From: a virus
Length of the DNA: 64,000 bases
Strand: one strand, 5' to 3'
IMG/VR virus record: IMGVR_UViG_3300010885_039212
Coordinates: 31,734 to 95,733 of that record
Both the position numbers and the translations under genes were made by a program. A model generated the notes under the pieces. It was not told the origin of the DNA, made no database searches, and saw only the letters and a list, made by a program, of their open reading frames with translations. Each line of letters opens with the position of its first letter. The first letter of the stretch is position 1. Positions 16,910-26,265 of this stretch are shown one piece after another.

Positions 16910-17469
16910 TGATGCAAAAATTAAACCTCCAATTGAATGAGACATCAGACTCTCGTCATTCGTTCTTTCTATTGATGGAGGAAATTACTCTTGCTGCATG
17001 CAAGCAAGCAGTTGAATGGGTGTTTGAAGCAAACTTTGCTGAAGAACGTCCAGATATGTTGAATATGATTATCACTACTCCTGGTGGTGATTTGAATGCA
17101 GCATTTGCTTTAGTTGATACCATGCGTGGTTCTGCAATTCCGATTCGAACAATTGGTCTTGGTCAGATTGCTTCAGCTGGATTGATGATTTTTATTGCTG
17201 GTGCCACAGGGCAACGTATTCTTACACCGAATACTTCTATCTTGTCACATCAGTATTCTTGGGGTGCGTTTGGAAAAGAACATGAATTGTTTGCTCAAAT
17301 TAAAGAGTTTGACTTGACCACTAAACGCATGATTGCTCATTACAAAAAGTGCACTGGCTTGAAGGAAGACCAAATTAGAGAGTATCTACTTCCACCTCAA
17401 GATATTTGGCTAAGTGCAGCAGAATCTAAAAAGTTAGGACTATGCGATGACGTTAAAGACCTTAGGTAA
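16909..17469 (+). CDS. clpP: ClpP-like serine protease
   Basis: ITTPGG, GQIASAG (Ser), SHQ (His), QDIWLSAAESKKLGLCD (Asp). Confidence 0.9.
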   Translation: MMQKLNLQLNETSDSRHSFFLLMEEITLAACKQAVEWVFEANFAEERPDMLNMIITTPGGDLNAAFALVDTMRGSAIPIRTIGLGQIASAGLMIFIAGATGQRILTPNTSILSHQYSWGAFGKEHELFAQIKEFDLTTKRMIAHYKKCTGLKEDQIREYLLPPQDIWLSAAESKKLGLCDDVKDLR

Positions 17470-17638
17470 TTATGTACGTTACTCTGGTATATGGGTTAGT
17501 TTTGCACTAAATCCATTTCACTGGAGATTTTCGTTCGAGTTTATGCAACCAGATGAGATAAATCCTGCAATGCGTGGATTTTTTGTTTCGATTGCACCTG
17601 TTTCAATTCGACTCGTTATAGATGATGGATCATGGTGA
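17447..17638 (+). CDS. hypothetical protein
   Basis: SD AGGA; NPFHW...IDDGSW. Confidence 0.7.
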   Translation: MTLKTLGNYVRYSGIWVSFALNPFHWRFSFEFMQPDEINPAMRGFFVSIAPVSIRLVIDDGSW

Positions 17639-17649
17639 GGAAAATATAT

Positions 17650-17871
17650 ATGGATAAACCTTTAGACAAAAACCTTCTTGCAATTTTAATTAGTTGCGTA
17701 TTAATACTAGTTACTGGATTTGGATGTTTAACTTATTACAAATTAAACGAATTGCAATCTATGAAATCCAATATTGAATCTGCAATTGTCAAAGGTGTAG
17801 ACCCTCTCTCAGTTCGTTGTTCTTACGACTCCAGTAGTACTGTATGTTCTATCTACGCCAGCAGAAAATAA
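17650..17871 (+). CDS. single-TM protein
   Basis: TM segment then AIVKGVDPLSVRCSY. Confidence 0.75.
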   Translation: MDKPLDKNLLAILISCVLILVTGFGCLTYYKLNELQSMKSNIESAIVKGVDPLSVRCSYDSSSTVCSIYASRK

Positions 17872-17924
17872 CCTTACTTCCAGTAAGGTTTTCGCTTTAC
17901 TTTTATTCAAAAATGAGGTATAAT
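17870..17924 (+). promoter_or_regulatory. early promoter with upstream palindrome
   Basis: AACCTTAC-ttcca-GTAAGGTT, then TTTACT(17896)-17-TATAAT(17919). Confidence 0.8.
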
Positions 17925-17946
17925 TATATTATCGATGAAAGGATTT

Positions 17947-18294
17947 ATGATGCAAATGATACATACTTCGTTCAAGAAAGTAAAGAAGCATAAGCCAAAT
18001 GCAAAACAGCGTGAGTTAGATAGTTCGTGGCAAGACTTACTAAAGAAGTATCCTGCAAAGAGTTTTTCTGATAACAAGAAAGACCTCAGTAGCGTATACT
18101 CACTTGGAAAAAGTGCTCGTGGTGACACGCCTAGGATTCCGAGTTTACCATTTACTGGAGCACCTTGTACGAAAGCACCAGATAAAGTTTATACAGGAAC
18201 TATGATGAAGGGTATTGGTACGATGCATAAATCAAATGCAGTTCCAATTTTTAGTGATGAAGAAGCGATTGCTATAGCAAACATGCGGAGATAA
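17947..18294 (+). CDS. conserved basic T4-like phage protein
   Basis: YTGT...GIGTMHKSNAVP...IANMRR; start moved downstream of SD AAGGA. Confidence 0.8.
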   Translation: MMQMIHTSFKKVKKHKPNAKQRELDSSWQDLLKKYPAKSFSDNKKDLSSVYSLGKSARGDTPRIPSLPFTGAPCTKAPDKVYTGTMMKGIGTMHKSNAVPIFSDEEAIAIANMRR

Positions 18295-18297
18295 ATA

Positions 18298-18564
18298 ATG
18301 AATCAATATTATGGTAAAATGTCAGAGTGCGCAACTTATAGAGATATTAATGGTATTAATGAAATATATCAAAACCTTGTAATGGATCGTATGCGTATGG
18401 ATAAATTTTTCAGTATGTATCTTGATAAAGTTGGTGATAAGATGGATCCTGAATTTACGGACACACCAGTCTGGAAACTTTACAGAAAGAAATTAAAAGA
18501 ATATGGCGAAGTTGAGCAAGCCATTAAAGTTGCTCAATATTATCTAAAGAAAAGTTATGTTTAA
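18298..18564 (+). CDS. hypothetical protein
   Basis: 88 aa, operon position. Confidence 0.7.
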   Translation: MNQYYGKMSECATYRDINGINEIYQNLVMDRMRMDKFFSMYLDKVGDKMDPEFTDTPVWKLYRKKLKEYGEVEQAIKVAQYYLKKSYV

Positions 18565-18772
18565 AAATTCAAACGAATTCTCTTTACACATCGAGCAGTT
18601 AGTCCAAGAAAAGCGTCTAAATTATATGGATGCAGTTCTTGATTATTGTCAAGAAAACTCTCTTGAACCTTCTGATATTTCAAAACTAATTAATAAATCT
18701 CTTAAGGATAAACTTGAGATGAACTTTCGTGAATTAAATTACTTACCTAAGCAGGCACAGCTGGATGTTTAA
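18557..18772 (+). CDS. gp33: late transcription coactivator gp33
   Basis: FSLHIE, YMDAVLDYC, LKDKLE...LNYLP; synteny with gp59 and gp32. Confidence 0.88.
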   Translation: MFKNSNEFSLHIEQLVQEKRLNYMDAVLDYCQENSLEPSDISKLINKSLKDKLEMNFRELNYLPKQAQLDV

Positions 18773-19386
18773 TGGACGGATTTAAGGCATATAAATATTA
18801 TATTGCAATTAAATTACACTTCACAAAAGATTCCTTTGATGTATTTAAGAATCGTGGTTCTGTAAAGGGAACTCGTGAAGCATTTAATGCAAGAAACGAT
18901 CGTTATATTTTTGAGAAGTTAGCACGTAAATATCCAGTGGACAAAGATTTGATTCAATTTTATGTTGCTAACTTTGCATATGGTAATGATGGAATGATTT
19001 ATTCAATTGAGGAAGCAGAATCATATTTGTTAGAATGGAACAAACGTAAGCAGTCTATTACAAAAATCTTTGCAGATGATCTTAACAAGATTTTGATGGA
19101 TGCTTACAAACGCAAGATTAAAGAAACATCAATAATAAATTTTACTTTAAATCAATATCCGAGTATACTTAACCTATACCTTGGAAAACAAATTGGGATT
19201 GAAACTCTTAGGATTTTAGATGACGTAGCGAACTTAATCGAACCATGGAAACAAAACACTTCGATGACTTTACTTTGGGAAAATGAAATCCGTAAAGTTG
19301 AAAAGTCAAAAGGTTTTGTTAAATACGATAAAGAAAAGATAATGTCATCTTATTTGGAATTCAAGGAAGAAGTTAAAGAGTTATAA
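18772..19386 (+). CDS. gp59: helicase loader gp59
   Basis: YIAIKLHFT, RNDRYIFEKLARKY, IGIETL. Confidence 0.9.
   Translation: MDGFKAYKYYIAIKLHFTKDSFDVFKNRGSVKGTREAFNARNDRYIFEKLARKYPVDKDLIQFYVANFAYGNDGMIYSIEEAESYLLEWNKRKQSITKIFADDLNKILMDAYKRKIKETSIINFTLNQYPSILNLYLGKQIGIETLRILDDVANLIEPWKQNTSMTLLWENEIRKVEKSKGFVKYDKEKIMSSYLEFKEEVKEL
19141..19169 (+). promoter_or_regulatory. internal promoter likely driving gp32
   Basis: TTTACT-17-TATACT; spacer resembles promoter at 99-127. Confidence 0.55.
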
Positions 19387-19387
19387 T

Positions 19388-19606
19388 ATGGGCAAGACTT
19401 ACCATAAAAATCAAAATAAATTTGATGAAGAAATTTCCAGCCAGCGTTCTGGGAAACACAGTAAACATTCCAATGGAAAGAAAACTGGGGGTATGAAAAC
19501 GCTAAATAGTTATGTTGAAGAAGATTATGACGATGACTCATTTGACGATGAGTTTGAACTTAATGATGAAATCACTATTCAACATATACAAAACGATACA
19601 CCGTAA
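19388..19606 (+). CDS. hypothetical protein, basic N-terminus and acidic C-terminus
   Basis: 72 aa between gp59 and gp32. Confidence 0.7.
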   Translation: MGKTYHKNQNKFDEEISSQRSGKHSKHSNGKKTGGMKTLNSYVEEDYDDDSFDDEFELNDEITIQHIQNDTP

Positions 19607-19632
19607 ATACAACTTATATAAGGAAAATACAA

Positions 19633-20547
19633 ATGGATATTCAAACACTTCGCAAAATGCGTTCTTCTGACTTCGGCAAAATCGCTGGAGAGTTCGAGAA
19701 AATCGCTAATCCCCAAACCAATACCAAGTCTTATGTCGATGATCGCTTCTGGAAACTTGAAGGCGACAAGGCAGGAAATGGAACAGCCACACTTCGTTTT
19801 CTACCACGTGTAGAAGGTGATGAGTTACCATGGGTTCGTATCTTTTCTCATGGCTTCCAAGGACCAACTGGTAAGTGGTATATTGAAAACTCACTCACTA
19901 CTCTTGGTGAGAATGATCCTGTTGGTGAACTTAATTCACGTTTGTGGAACTCTGGTTCTGAAGCCAACAAGAAAATTGCACAGGCGCAAAAGCGTCGCTT
20001 ATCTTTTATTGCCAATGTTTTAATCGTTTCTGATCCAAAGCATCCTGAAAATGAAGGACAAGTTAAACTGTTTAAGTTTGGTAAGAAAATCTTTGATAAG
20101 ATCATGGATAAGGCTCGCCCAACTTATGATGATGAAAATCCAGTGAATGTGTTTGATCTTTGGGAAGGTGCTAACTTCAAATTACGCATGCGTAAGAAAG
20201 ATGGTTACACTAACTATGATGAATCTTCTTTTCAAGATCCAACTCCAGTCACTGAAGATGAAGAAAAAATGTTGGGTTTTGTAAATGCTCAGCATAAATT
20301 GTCTGAATTCACTGATCGTAAGAATTTCAAATCTTATGATGAGTTGAAGAAAAAACTTGAAGAAGTTCTTTCTGGCGATTCATTCTCTGCTAAATCTGCT
20401 GCGGAGATTGCTGAAGAAGAAGATCGTCCTGTTGCTGCAGCACCACAGATTAAATCTGTACCTGCTCCAAAAGCAAAGGAAGTTTCTTTAGATGAAGATG
20501 ATGAAGACGTTATGTCTTATTTTAAGAAAATTGCTCAAGAGAATTGA
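19633..20547 (+). CDS. gp32: single-stranded DNA-binding protein gp32
   Basis: DDRFWK, RFLP, HGFQGPTGKWYIENSLTT, KFGKKIFDK, acidic tail. Confidence 0.97.
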   Translation: MDIQTLRKMRSSDFGKIAGEFEKIANPQTNTKSYVDDRFWKLEGDKAGNGTATLRFLPRVEGDELPWVRIFSHGFQGPTGKWYIENSLTTLGENDPVGELNSRLWNSGSEANKKIAQAQKRRLSFIANVLIVSDPKHPENEGQVKLFKFGKKIFDKIMDKARPTYDDENPVNVFDLWEGANFKLRMRKKDGYTNYDESSFQDPTPVTEDEEKMLGFVNAQHKLSEFTDRKNFKSYDELKKKLEEVLSGDSFSAKSAAEIAEEEDRPVAAAPQIKSVPAPKAKEVSLDEDDEDVMSYFKKIAQEN

Positions 20548-20565
20548 TTGAGTAATACTTAAAGG

Positions 20566-20591
20566 AAAGCCACCTTTGCGGTGGCTTTTTT
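20566..20591 (+). terminator. intrinsic terminator between convergent genes
   Basis: AAAGCCACC-tttgc-GGTGGCTTT-TTT. Confidence 0.85.
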
Positions 20592-20595
20592 CATT

Positions 20596-23028
20596 TTAGT
20601 ATGCTGCGTATCGAGTACCAATATACTTGTTAAGTGTTGAATCTTCATTCTTAAATGGAGATCTCATTATAGTAGATTGATTAGTGTTGTTGTTAACTGT
20701 AGTTGGTGCGTTCAGAATAGCGTTGGTGTTACCACCTTTATTTGCCATATCTTCTTTTGCACCAACAACTTCAGTTGACTTACCAGCAATAATATTACCA
20801 GATGATGGTGTTGGAGTTATAGCATTTGCTTTAGAGTTATCAACAGTAGCACCACCAGCTAATTGTTTATTATACTGCTGCATTATTTCTGCAGGATACT
20901 TATTTCCCATAGACAAGGACATAGCCATAACTGCCATCTGTTTACCAGATAATGGTTGTCCAGGAACTACTTTTTCACCAGCAATTTGAGTATATTCTTC
21001 TTTTGAACCAGTAGATTTTATTGGTGATGTAGATGCAGGAGATGCTCCACTATCAACTCTTCTTGGATCTTTCGCAGCAAACTCAGCTGAACCTTGTCCT
21101 GCGCCAGCAGTACTATTTCCAGCAGCAATAGGTTTCGTTTCAGCTTTTCCAAACGGATAGAATGGACCAACAGAAACTTTCTGATTAACTACTGGTATCG
21201 TAAATCCAATTTCTGGTATACTAATACTTTGTAGCATACCAATAATACTGGCACCCATACCTTTAAAGAAATCGGTTACTGGTTTAAATACTTCTCCAAT
21301 TTTACTAAATGCACCAGTTACAAGAGTACCTAATTCTTTTAGACTATTGATTGGATGCATTATCAAGTCTTGAATTTTCTGTGGGATAAACATTATCATA
21401 TCCACAAAATCATCAAAAATCTTTTCAAATGAGAATGAATCTAAAAACTTTTCTATGTTTTTAAATCCAAGCGCACCAGCTACCCAAGAGACAGCACCTT
21501 TAATCATATCAGCTACGCCAAAGATTAAAGAATCAAACAACCCTTTAATTGCGCCACCGATTGCACCAACTAAACCACCTTCTTCAAATCCTTTGAACGC
21601 ACCTTTAACGGTATCCCAAACTGTCATAATAATAGTAAGTGGTAGAAATAGTTTCTCAGCAATAACTGCAACTTTACCAATATATTTACCAAATTTAGAA
21701 ACATATTCAGATATCCCAGTAAACATTTTGCTTAGGAATTCTGAACCACCGATTAATCCCTTTAAAGTATCATAGGCTACAACAAATGGTTTTGTTAATT
21801 TAGCAATACCATCTTTAAAACCTTCAATAACTTTTCCGATTCTTGACTCTTCTCCAAACGAGAACAGACTTTTAATTTTGGTTCCTATCTCTTCAAAGAA
21901 TTTACCGATCGATGCAAACTTTTCACCTATAAATTTTCTAAGTGATTCTGGAACTAATGTTTCAAAAAATAATTTAATTGTTTTGACCCATGCTCTAGCA
22001 AAACCAATCAGACCACCGATCAATCCACCAATAACTAGTCCTAGTCCACCTAAACCACCTTCTTCTTCTGGTTTCTGTGGACTTTTAAATTTGTCTTTAC
22101 CACCAGTATTTTCTGCAATACGTTTTAGAAGTTCAGTTTGTTCTTCTTCTCTTCTAATTGCTTCAAGTTCAAGTTCATCAGTTTTTATAGCTGGGTTTGC
22201 AGCTTTAATAACGGATAGTGGCGTATTTCCTATAGGAACTATTTTTTTATTTACATTAATATTTTCATTAACATTAGTAGCATTAACTCGATTTAAATTC
22301 GTACTAGATTCATTAGTAGCATTAACTTGTTTTTTATTAGATTCATTAGTAGTATTTAAATGTTGCTGAACTCTATAATCTATTTTAGATAATTTGTTTA
22401 CTTCTGAATTTCTATTTTCAAGAAGAGTTTTACCATGAATCGTTTTAGAAAGTTGTTCTTCAGAGATTCCTAGTTTAGTGTATTTACCAATTTCTTTTTC
22501 ATTATGAGTGATATTCTTTTCATGCTCTTTAATCTGAGTTAATTTATTTCTGGCTTCTTGCTCAGAAGTACCAGACAGTTTCATATCACCTTTAATAAAG
22601 GTTTTATCGGCTTCTCTACGTTTAAGAGCATTATCAAAAACTCCACCGCCACCTTTTTTAACAACGCCCATTGTATCAAGAACATTACGTAGCGAACCAA
22701 ATTTAGCATCGAACTTTGCTCTAATAGATTCACCAACAGTTCCAGGTGCTTTATCCTGAACCATTTTAGCGATATTTTTTGAGGATTCTTTTGTTAGCTC
22801 AATTAAATCTTTAATGTTAGTGCTAACTTCTTTGGTTGCCTTTAACTGGTCGTTATCTACAACTTTTTGTTCTTTAACTTCTTTAAATGAATCTTCATCA
22901 AGTTTTCTTGATAATTCTGTCAATGTTTTAATTGCAGATAATTGAGTTAAAGATTGTTGTTGTATTTCCAGAAGTTTTTTAAACTCGCTGGAACTTACAT
23001 TAACGACATAGTTTGTATTTTTTGCCAT
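20596..23028 (-). CDS. tape measure / baseplate hub protein (gp29-like)
   Basis: Coiled coil plus Gly/Phe-rich amphipathic repeats, C-terminal APTTVNNN; follows gp51. Confidence 0.7.
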   Translation of the reverse strand: MAKNTNYVVNVSSSEFKKLLEIQQQSLTQLSAIKTLTELSRKLDEDSFKEVKEQKVVDNDQLKATKEVSTNIKDLIELTKESSKNIAKMVQDKAPGTVGESIRAKFDAKFGSLRNVLDTMGVVKKGGGGVFDNALKRREADKTFIKGDMKLSGTSEQEARNKLTQIKEHEKNITHNEKEIGKYTKLGISEEQLSKTIHGKTLLENRNSEVNKLSKIDYRVQQHLNTTNESNKKQVNATNESSTNLNRVNATNVNENINVNKKIVPIGNTPLSVIKAANPAIKTDELELEAIRREEEQTELLKRIAENTGGKDKFKSPQKPEEEGGLGGLGLVIGGLIGGLIGFARAWVKTIKLFFETLVPESLRKFIGEKFASIGKFFEEIGTKIKSLFSFGEESRIGKVIEGFKDGIAKLTKPFVVAYDTLKGLIGGSEFLSKMFTGISEYVSKFGKYIGKVAVIAEKLFLPLTIIMTVWDTVKGAFKGFEEGGLVGAIGGAIKGLFDSLIFGVADMIKGAVSWVAGALGFKNIEKFLDSFSFEKIFDDFVDMIMFIPQKIQDLIMHPINSLKELGTLVTGAFSKIGEVFKPVTDFFKGMGASIIGMLQSISIPEIGFTIPVVNQKVSVGPFYPFGKAETKPIAAGNSTAGAGQGSAEFAAKDPRRVDSGASPASTSPIKSTGSKEEYTQIAGEKVVPGQPLSGKQMAVMAMSLSMGNKYPAEIMQQYNKQLAGGATVDNSKANAITPTPSSGNIIAGKSTEVVGAKEDMANKGGNTNAILNAPTTVNNNTNQSTIMRSPFKNEDSTLNKYIGTRYAAY

Positions 23029-23029
23029 T

Positions 23030-23215
23030 TTAATTTTTCTTAGATTCTAATCGTTGTTTTTCTTCTTCTAGATACTGAACCAACATACTAATATAAATTT
23101 CTCTCTCAAATGGGATCATATTATTCAATTCATCCAATGAGTATTTGTGATATTGCATTAATGCAAAATTCATTTTATAGTGATTGAATAAAGAATCATG
23201 TGAGAGATTCATCAA
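23030..23215 (-). CDS. gp51: baseplate hub assembly catalyst gp51
   Basis: NFALMQYHKYSL...MIPFEREIY. Confidence 0.9.
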   Translation of the reverse strand: MMNLSHDSLFNHYKMNFALMQYHKYSLDELNNMIPFEREIYISMLVQYLEEEKQRLESKKN

Positions 23216-23925
23216 AAAAAACTGTCAAGTCCCTCCAAAACTTTATTATGATCACGAGAGCACATAGGGCACTTATATTGTACCTTCTGACTTAAACGTG
23301 GCATAGTTTCAAAAAAGTTTTGAATTTTTGCGAACTGTTGAGATGTTAAATTCTCAAGGAATTCCATAATGTCTTTTTTACTGGTTTCTTTTGCATGGAA
23401 CAATTCAGTATCATTGTAAATTGTTTCGATTGATGCTGAAATGACATTAAACACTGAATCTACATTACTCATATCCAGCGTTTCTAATTCTTTAATAACA
23501 TTGATAGAAGGATATTTCATTATTACACCCACATTCTCAAATAATTGAATGTTCTTAGTGTGTCCTTCTGGGAAATCTACGTTGATTTTGGTTAGATCAA
23601 ATGTTATTTTAACTCTTGCTTTTTCGTCTTCACAAACATCGCAAGGGAATAGTAACTCAACATTTTCTCCAACTGACTTGGCTCTAATTTGCGTGAATAG
23701 ATATTCTAGATCAAATGTTGCAAGACTATCTGGATCAACTTTATCCATCGTGCAAGACTTAATAATATCTTTTAATGTGTCGACCATTACGACCTGATCC
23801 TCGCTATGCTGAGCAATCAAAAGAGCTTTTTCTTCTTTGACCAAGAATGGTCTAAATTTAATTGATTCCTTGGATGAAGGAATCGTTACTGAGTATACTG
23901 GTGCGGTGTTAATTGGTAAAGCCAT
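23212..23925 (-). CDS. gp26: baseplate hub subunit gp26
   Basis: MALP, FRPFLVKEEKALL, DLEYLFTQIRAKSVGE, FFETMP, LEGLDSFF. Confidence 0.93.
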   Translation of the reverse strand: MALPINTAPVYSVTIPSSKESIKFRPFLVKEEKALLIAQHSEDQVVMVDTLKDIIKSCTMDKVDPDSLATFDLEYLFTQIRAKSVGENVELLFPCDVCEDEKARVKITFDLTKINVDFPEGHTKNIQLFENVGVIMKYPSINVIKELETLDMSNVDSVFNVISASIETIYNDTELFHAKETSKKDIMEFLENLTSQQFAKIQNFFETMPRLSQKVQYKCPMCSRDHNKVLEGLDSFF

Positions 23926-23929
23926 AATT

Positions 23930-24346
23930 TTATTCTCCTAATTTCAGTTTCTTAATCATCTTGTTCAATTCAGATGTGCTACCTACAAAGATAGCATTAT
24001 TTGTAACTTTCTGGGTATTTTCTTTTGGTCCATCAAGTTTTGCTTTTTGCTGATGTATATCCATTAGTTGTTGGTTTACATCAGCGAGTTGCTTCATTAG
24101 ATTACCCACGACCTCATAGGCACGTGGGTGTTCAGATTGTTTTGCCACTTCTAAGGCAGAATATAAAGCATTCTGCCCAGTGACCAATAATTCACGAAGA
24201 TTGTCTCTGGCTGTGTCATAGTCAGAGGTAATTTTCTCCTCAGGAGTTTTTAGTATTTCTCCTGTGGAGTTATCAATCACTTCACGTGTAGTAGTCTCTA
24301 ACTTTACAGTGTCAAAGACTTCTGATAATCTATCATCAATTTTCAT
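23930..24346 (-). CDS. gp16: terminase small subunit gp16-like
   Basis: DYDTARDNL, SEHPRAYEV, NNAIFVGSTSEL. Confidence 0.85.
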   Translation of the reverse strand: MKIDDRLSEVFDTVKLETTTREVIDNSTGEILKTPEEKITSDYDTARDNLRELLVTGQNALYSALEVAKQSEHPRAYEVVGNLMKQLADVNQQLMDIHQQKAKLDGPKENTQKVTNNAIFVGSTSELNKMIKKLKLGE

Positions 24347-24347
24347 A

Positions 24348-24899
24348 TTAATCGTTTCTTGTATTTCTAGTTGGAGGATCAGACGAATCTAATCCAGAAC
24401 CAAAACCTGATACACTTGGAGTCGGTTTATTTATTGTCGTTGTTGCAGGTACGCTTCCAAAGCCACCTCCGCCAAAGCCACTTGATGGAGCTGACGCTGA
24501 TCCAAAACTAGGTGCTGGTGTTGATATTGGTGTATTAAAACCGCTGGTGGATGCCTGTCCGCTTGATGGCGGAGGCGTATATGTTGTTCCGAAATTTGAT
24601 GGTGCAGATATTCCGCCATTGTTAGCTCCTGCTAATTTTTCTTGAGTACGACCCATTGCAGCGATACCAAGAACAGCACCCATGGCGACATGGAATAATC
24701 CAGCACCTTGAAGTGTTAATGGTTGCCATTGACTTGTTACTTGCCCATGACTAACTGATTGTAAAAGGCTCCATAAAATTGGAAATACAACAAAATCAAA
24801 TGCACAGACTCCCATATATAACCAGCCCATCATTGGACGCCATTTGCTGTTCATCCAATCTTCTTTTTTCTTTTCGCTTGCGTTTATTTCTTCTGCCAT
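24348..24899 (-). CDS. 3TM-holin-like membrane protein with S/P/G-rich tail
   Basis: WRPMMGWLYM, FDFVVFP, MGAVLGIAAMGRTQEK. Confidence 0.7.
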   Translation of the reverse strand: MAEEINASEKKKEDWMNSKWRPMMGWLYMGVCAFDFVVFPILWSLLQSVSHGQVTSQWQPLTLQGAGLFHVAMGAVLGIAAMGRTQEKLAGANNGGISAPSNFGTTYTPPPSSGQASTSGFNTPISTPAPSFGSASAPSSGFGGGGFGSVPATTTINKPTPSVSGFGSGLDSSDPPTRNTRND

Positions 24900-24923
24900 G
24901 ATACTTCCTTTATAATTATTGTT

Positions 24924-25649
24924 TTACCAGAATCCGCCAAACCCAGAGTTATCACCCATTGGATTTCCATAACCATAATTTGTTACTGCACCAAAAAACG
25001 AACTTGCAACAGATGTACCAAATGCTACAGCTGTTGTTACATTCTGGACCTCAGGTAAGAATTGATCTTGTGTAATTGTATATGTTGAATTTGTAGATTG
25101 TGGAAGTCTAACTGATGTGTCGGAAGTCCAATACTTATACATTAAACTAACTGTCATTTTCATAACATCTTTTTGGTCATATCCAACTTGAACAGAACTA
25201 ATTGATTTTGGATATGCTTCATATAGTGTAACAGTGTGAATCTCTTCATCTTGCATATTCTCAATATTTATTTTCACTTGGTCGCTAATGTAATAATTGT
25301 AATATTGGAAATTTCTGGTTTTGCCGATTTGAATATTTTTAATCCATTCATCGAAAAGACCTTTTATAATCATGTCTCCATCTACATAAAAACTAAATTG
25401 AACTGGGTCATAATTAAACTCATAAGGCATTTCTCGAACTTCACCAAAGGTTCTTATTTGAGTTGTATTAACATTCAATCCAGGAATCTGAGCAGATTCA
25501 CAAAATAGATGCATCTTTCTAAAATCATTGTCATTATAATTGCTAGTGTTTCGCATTACCAATGGGAATGGTATTTCAATTGTATAACGATTAGATCTGG
25601 CTAATCCATTACTGTTTTGAACTTCTGCAACGAAATCTGTTATTTTCAT
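24924..25649 (-). CDS. gp54: tail tube initiator gp54-like (tube fold)
   Basis: GLARSNRY, CESAQIPG, MPY, LYEAYP, YKYW. Confidence 0.75.
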   Translation of the reverse strand: MKITDFVAEVQNSNGLARSNRYTIEIPFPLVMRNTSNYNDNDFRKMHLFCESAQIPGLNVNTTQIRTFGEVREMPYEFNYDPVQFSFYVDGDMIIKGLFDEWIKNIQIGKTRNFQYYNYYISDQVKINIENMQDEEIHTVTLYEAYPKSISSVQVGYDQKDVMKMTVSLMYKYWTSDTSVRLPQSTNSTYTITQDQFLPEVQNVTTAVAFGTSVASSFFGAVTNYGYGNPMGDNSGFGGFW

Positions 25650-26251
25650 AGGTTAGCCTGTGATTCTTTCCATACTTTTTCTTTTGGTGCTTTTACAAAT
25701 CTTTCAACAGGAAGCATCATTGCTGTTGCCCAATCATTAACATCGACTTTCTTAAAAGCTGTTTTTACATGAGGTAATAGATAATGTTTTATACAAGGTT
25801 CTGCCATTTTATATTTGGAGACTCCTGCGATCAATGACCATGAATATTTGATTCTGGTGGTTCCATCCATTTTATCGTTATTTTTGAAAACTAATAAACG
25901 ATCTAAAAGGCGAATACGTAGTGGATATGGAAGATAATGCATATTCAATCCCATAAAACCACCACCAGGAACTGTGGCATACGGAAACACTAAAGGAAAC
26001 GTATCATAGTATGGAAGAGTTGCTTTTAATTTTGGATCGTATACAAACATATACAAATTCCCAGGAATAATACGTGCTCTTAAATCTTGCGTATTTTCAC
26101 GCATTAATTGCTGTGGCGTTATCCTTTGCTTCGAAAGAAGCAGTACTTGTTGAGTATACCATGACTTTGATCTTTTCAGAGAAGATTTGAGGTCGTATTT
26201 ATTACGCTCAAATACGTCATGCATGCTCGGAGTTTTAGGTGTTGTAGCCAT
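25646..26251 (-). CDS. gp2: DNA end protector gp2
   Basis: YDPKLKATLPYYDTFPL, GLNMHYLP, PCIKHYL. Confidence 0.93.
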   Translation of the reverse strand: MATTPKTPSMHDVFERNKYDLKSSLKRSKSWYTQQVLLLSKQRITPQQLMRENTQDLRARIIPGNLYMFVYDPKLKATLPYYDTFPLVFPYATVPGGGFMGLNMHYLPYPLRIRLLDRLLVFKNNDKMDGTTRIKYSWSLIAGVSKYKMAEPCIKHYLLPHVKTAFKKVDVNDWATAMMLPVERFVKAPKEKVWKESQANL

Positions 26252-26265
26252 ATTAGTTATTTAGG

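Noticed and set aside
20684-22369. Plus-strand ORFs opposite the tape measure gene, and similar antisense ORFs opposite gp5 and the propellers
   Set aside because: Shadow frames from codon bias, with no SD or recognisable motifs
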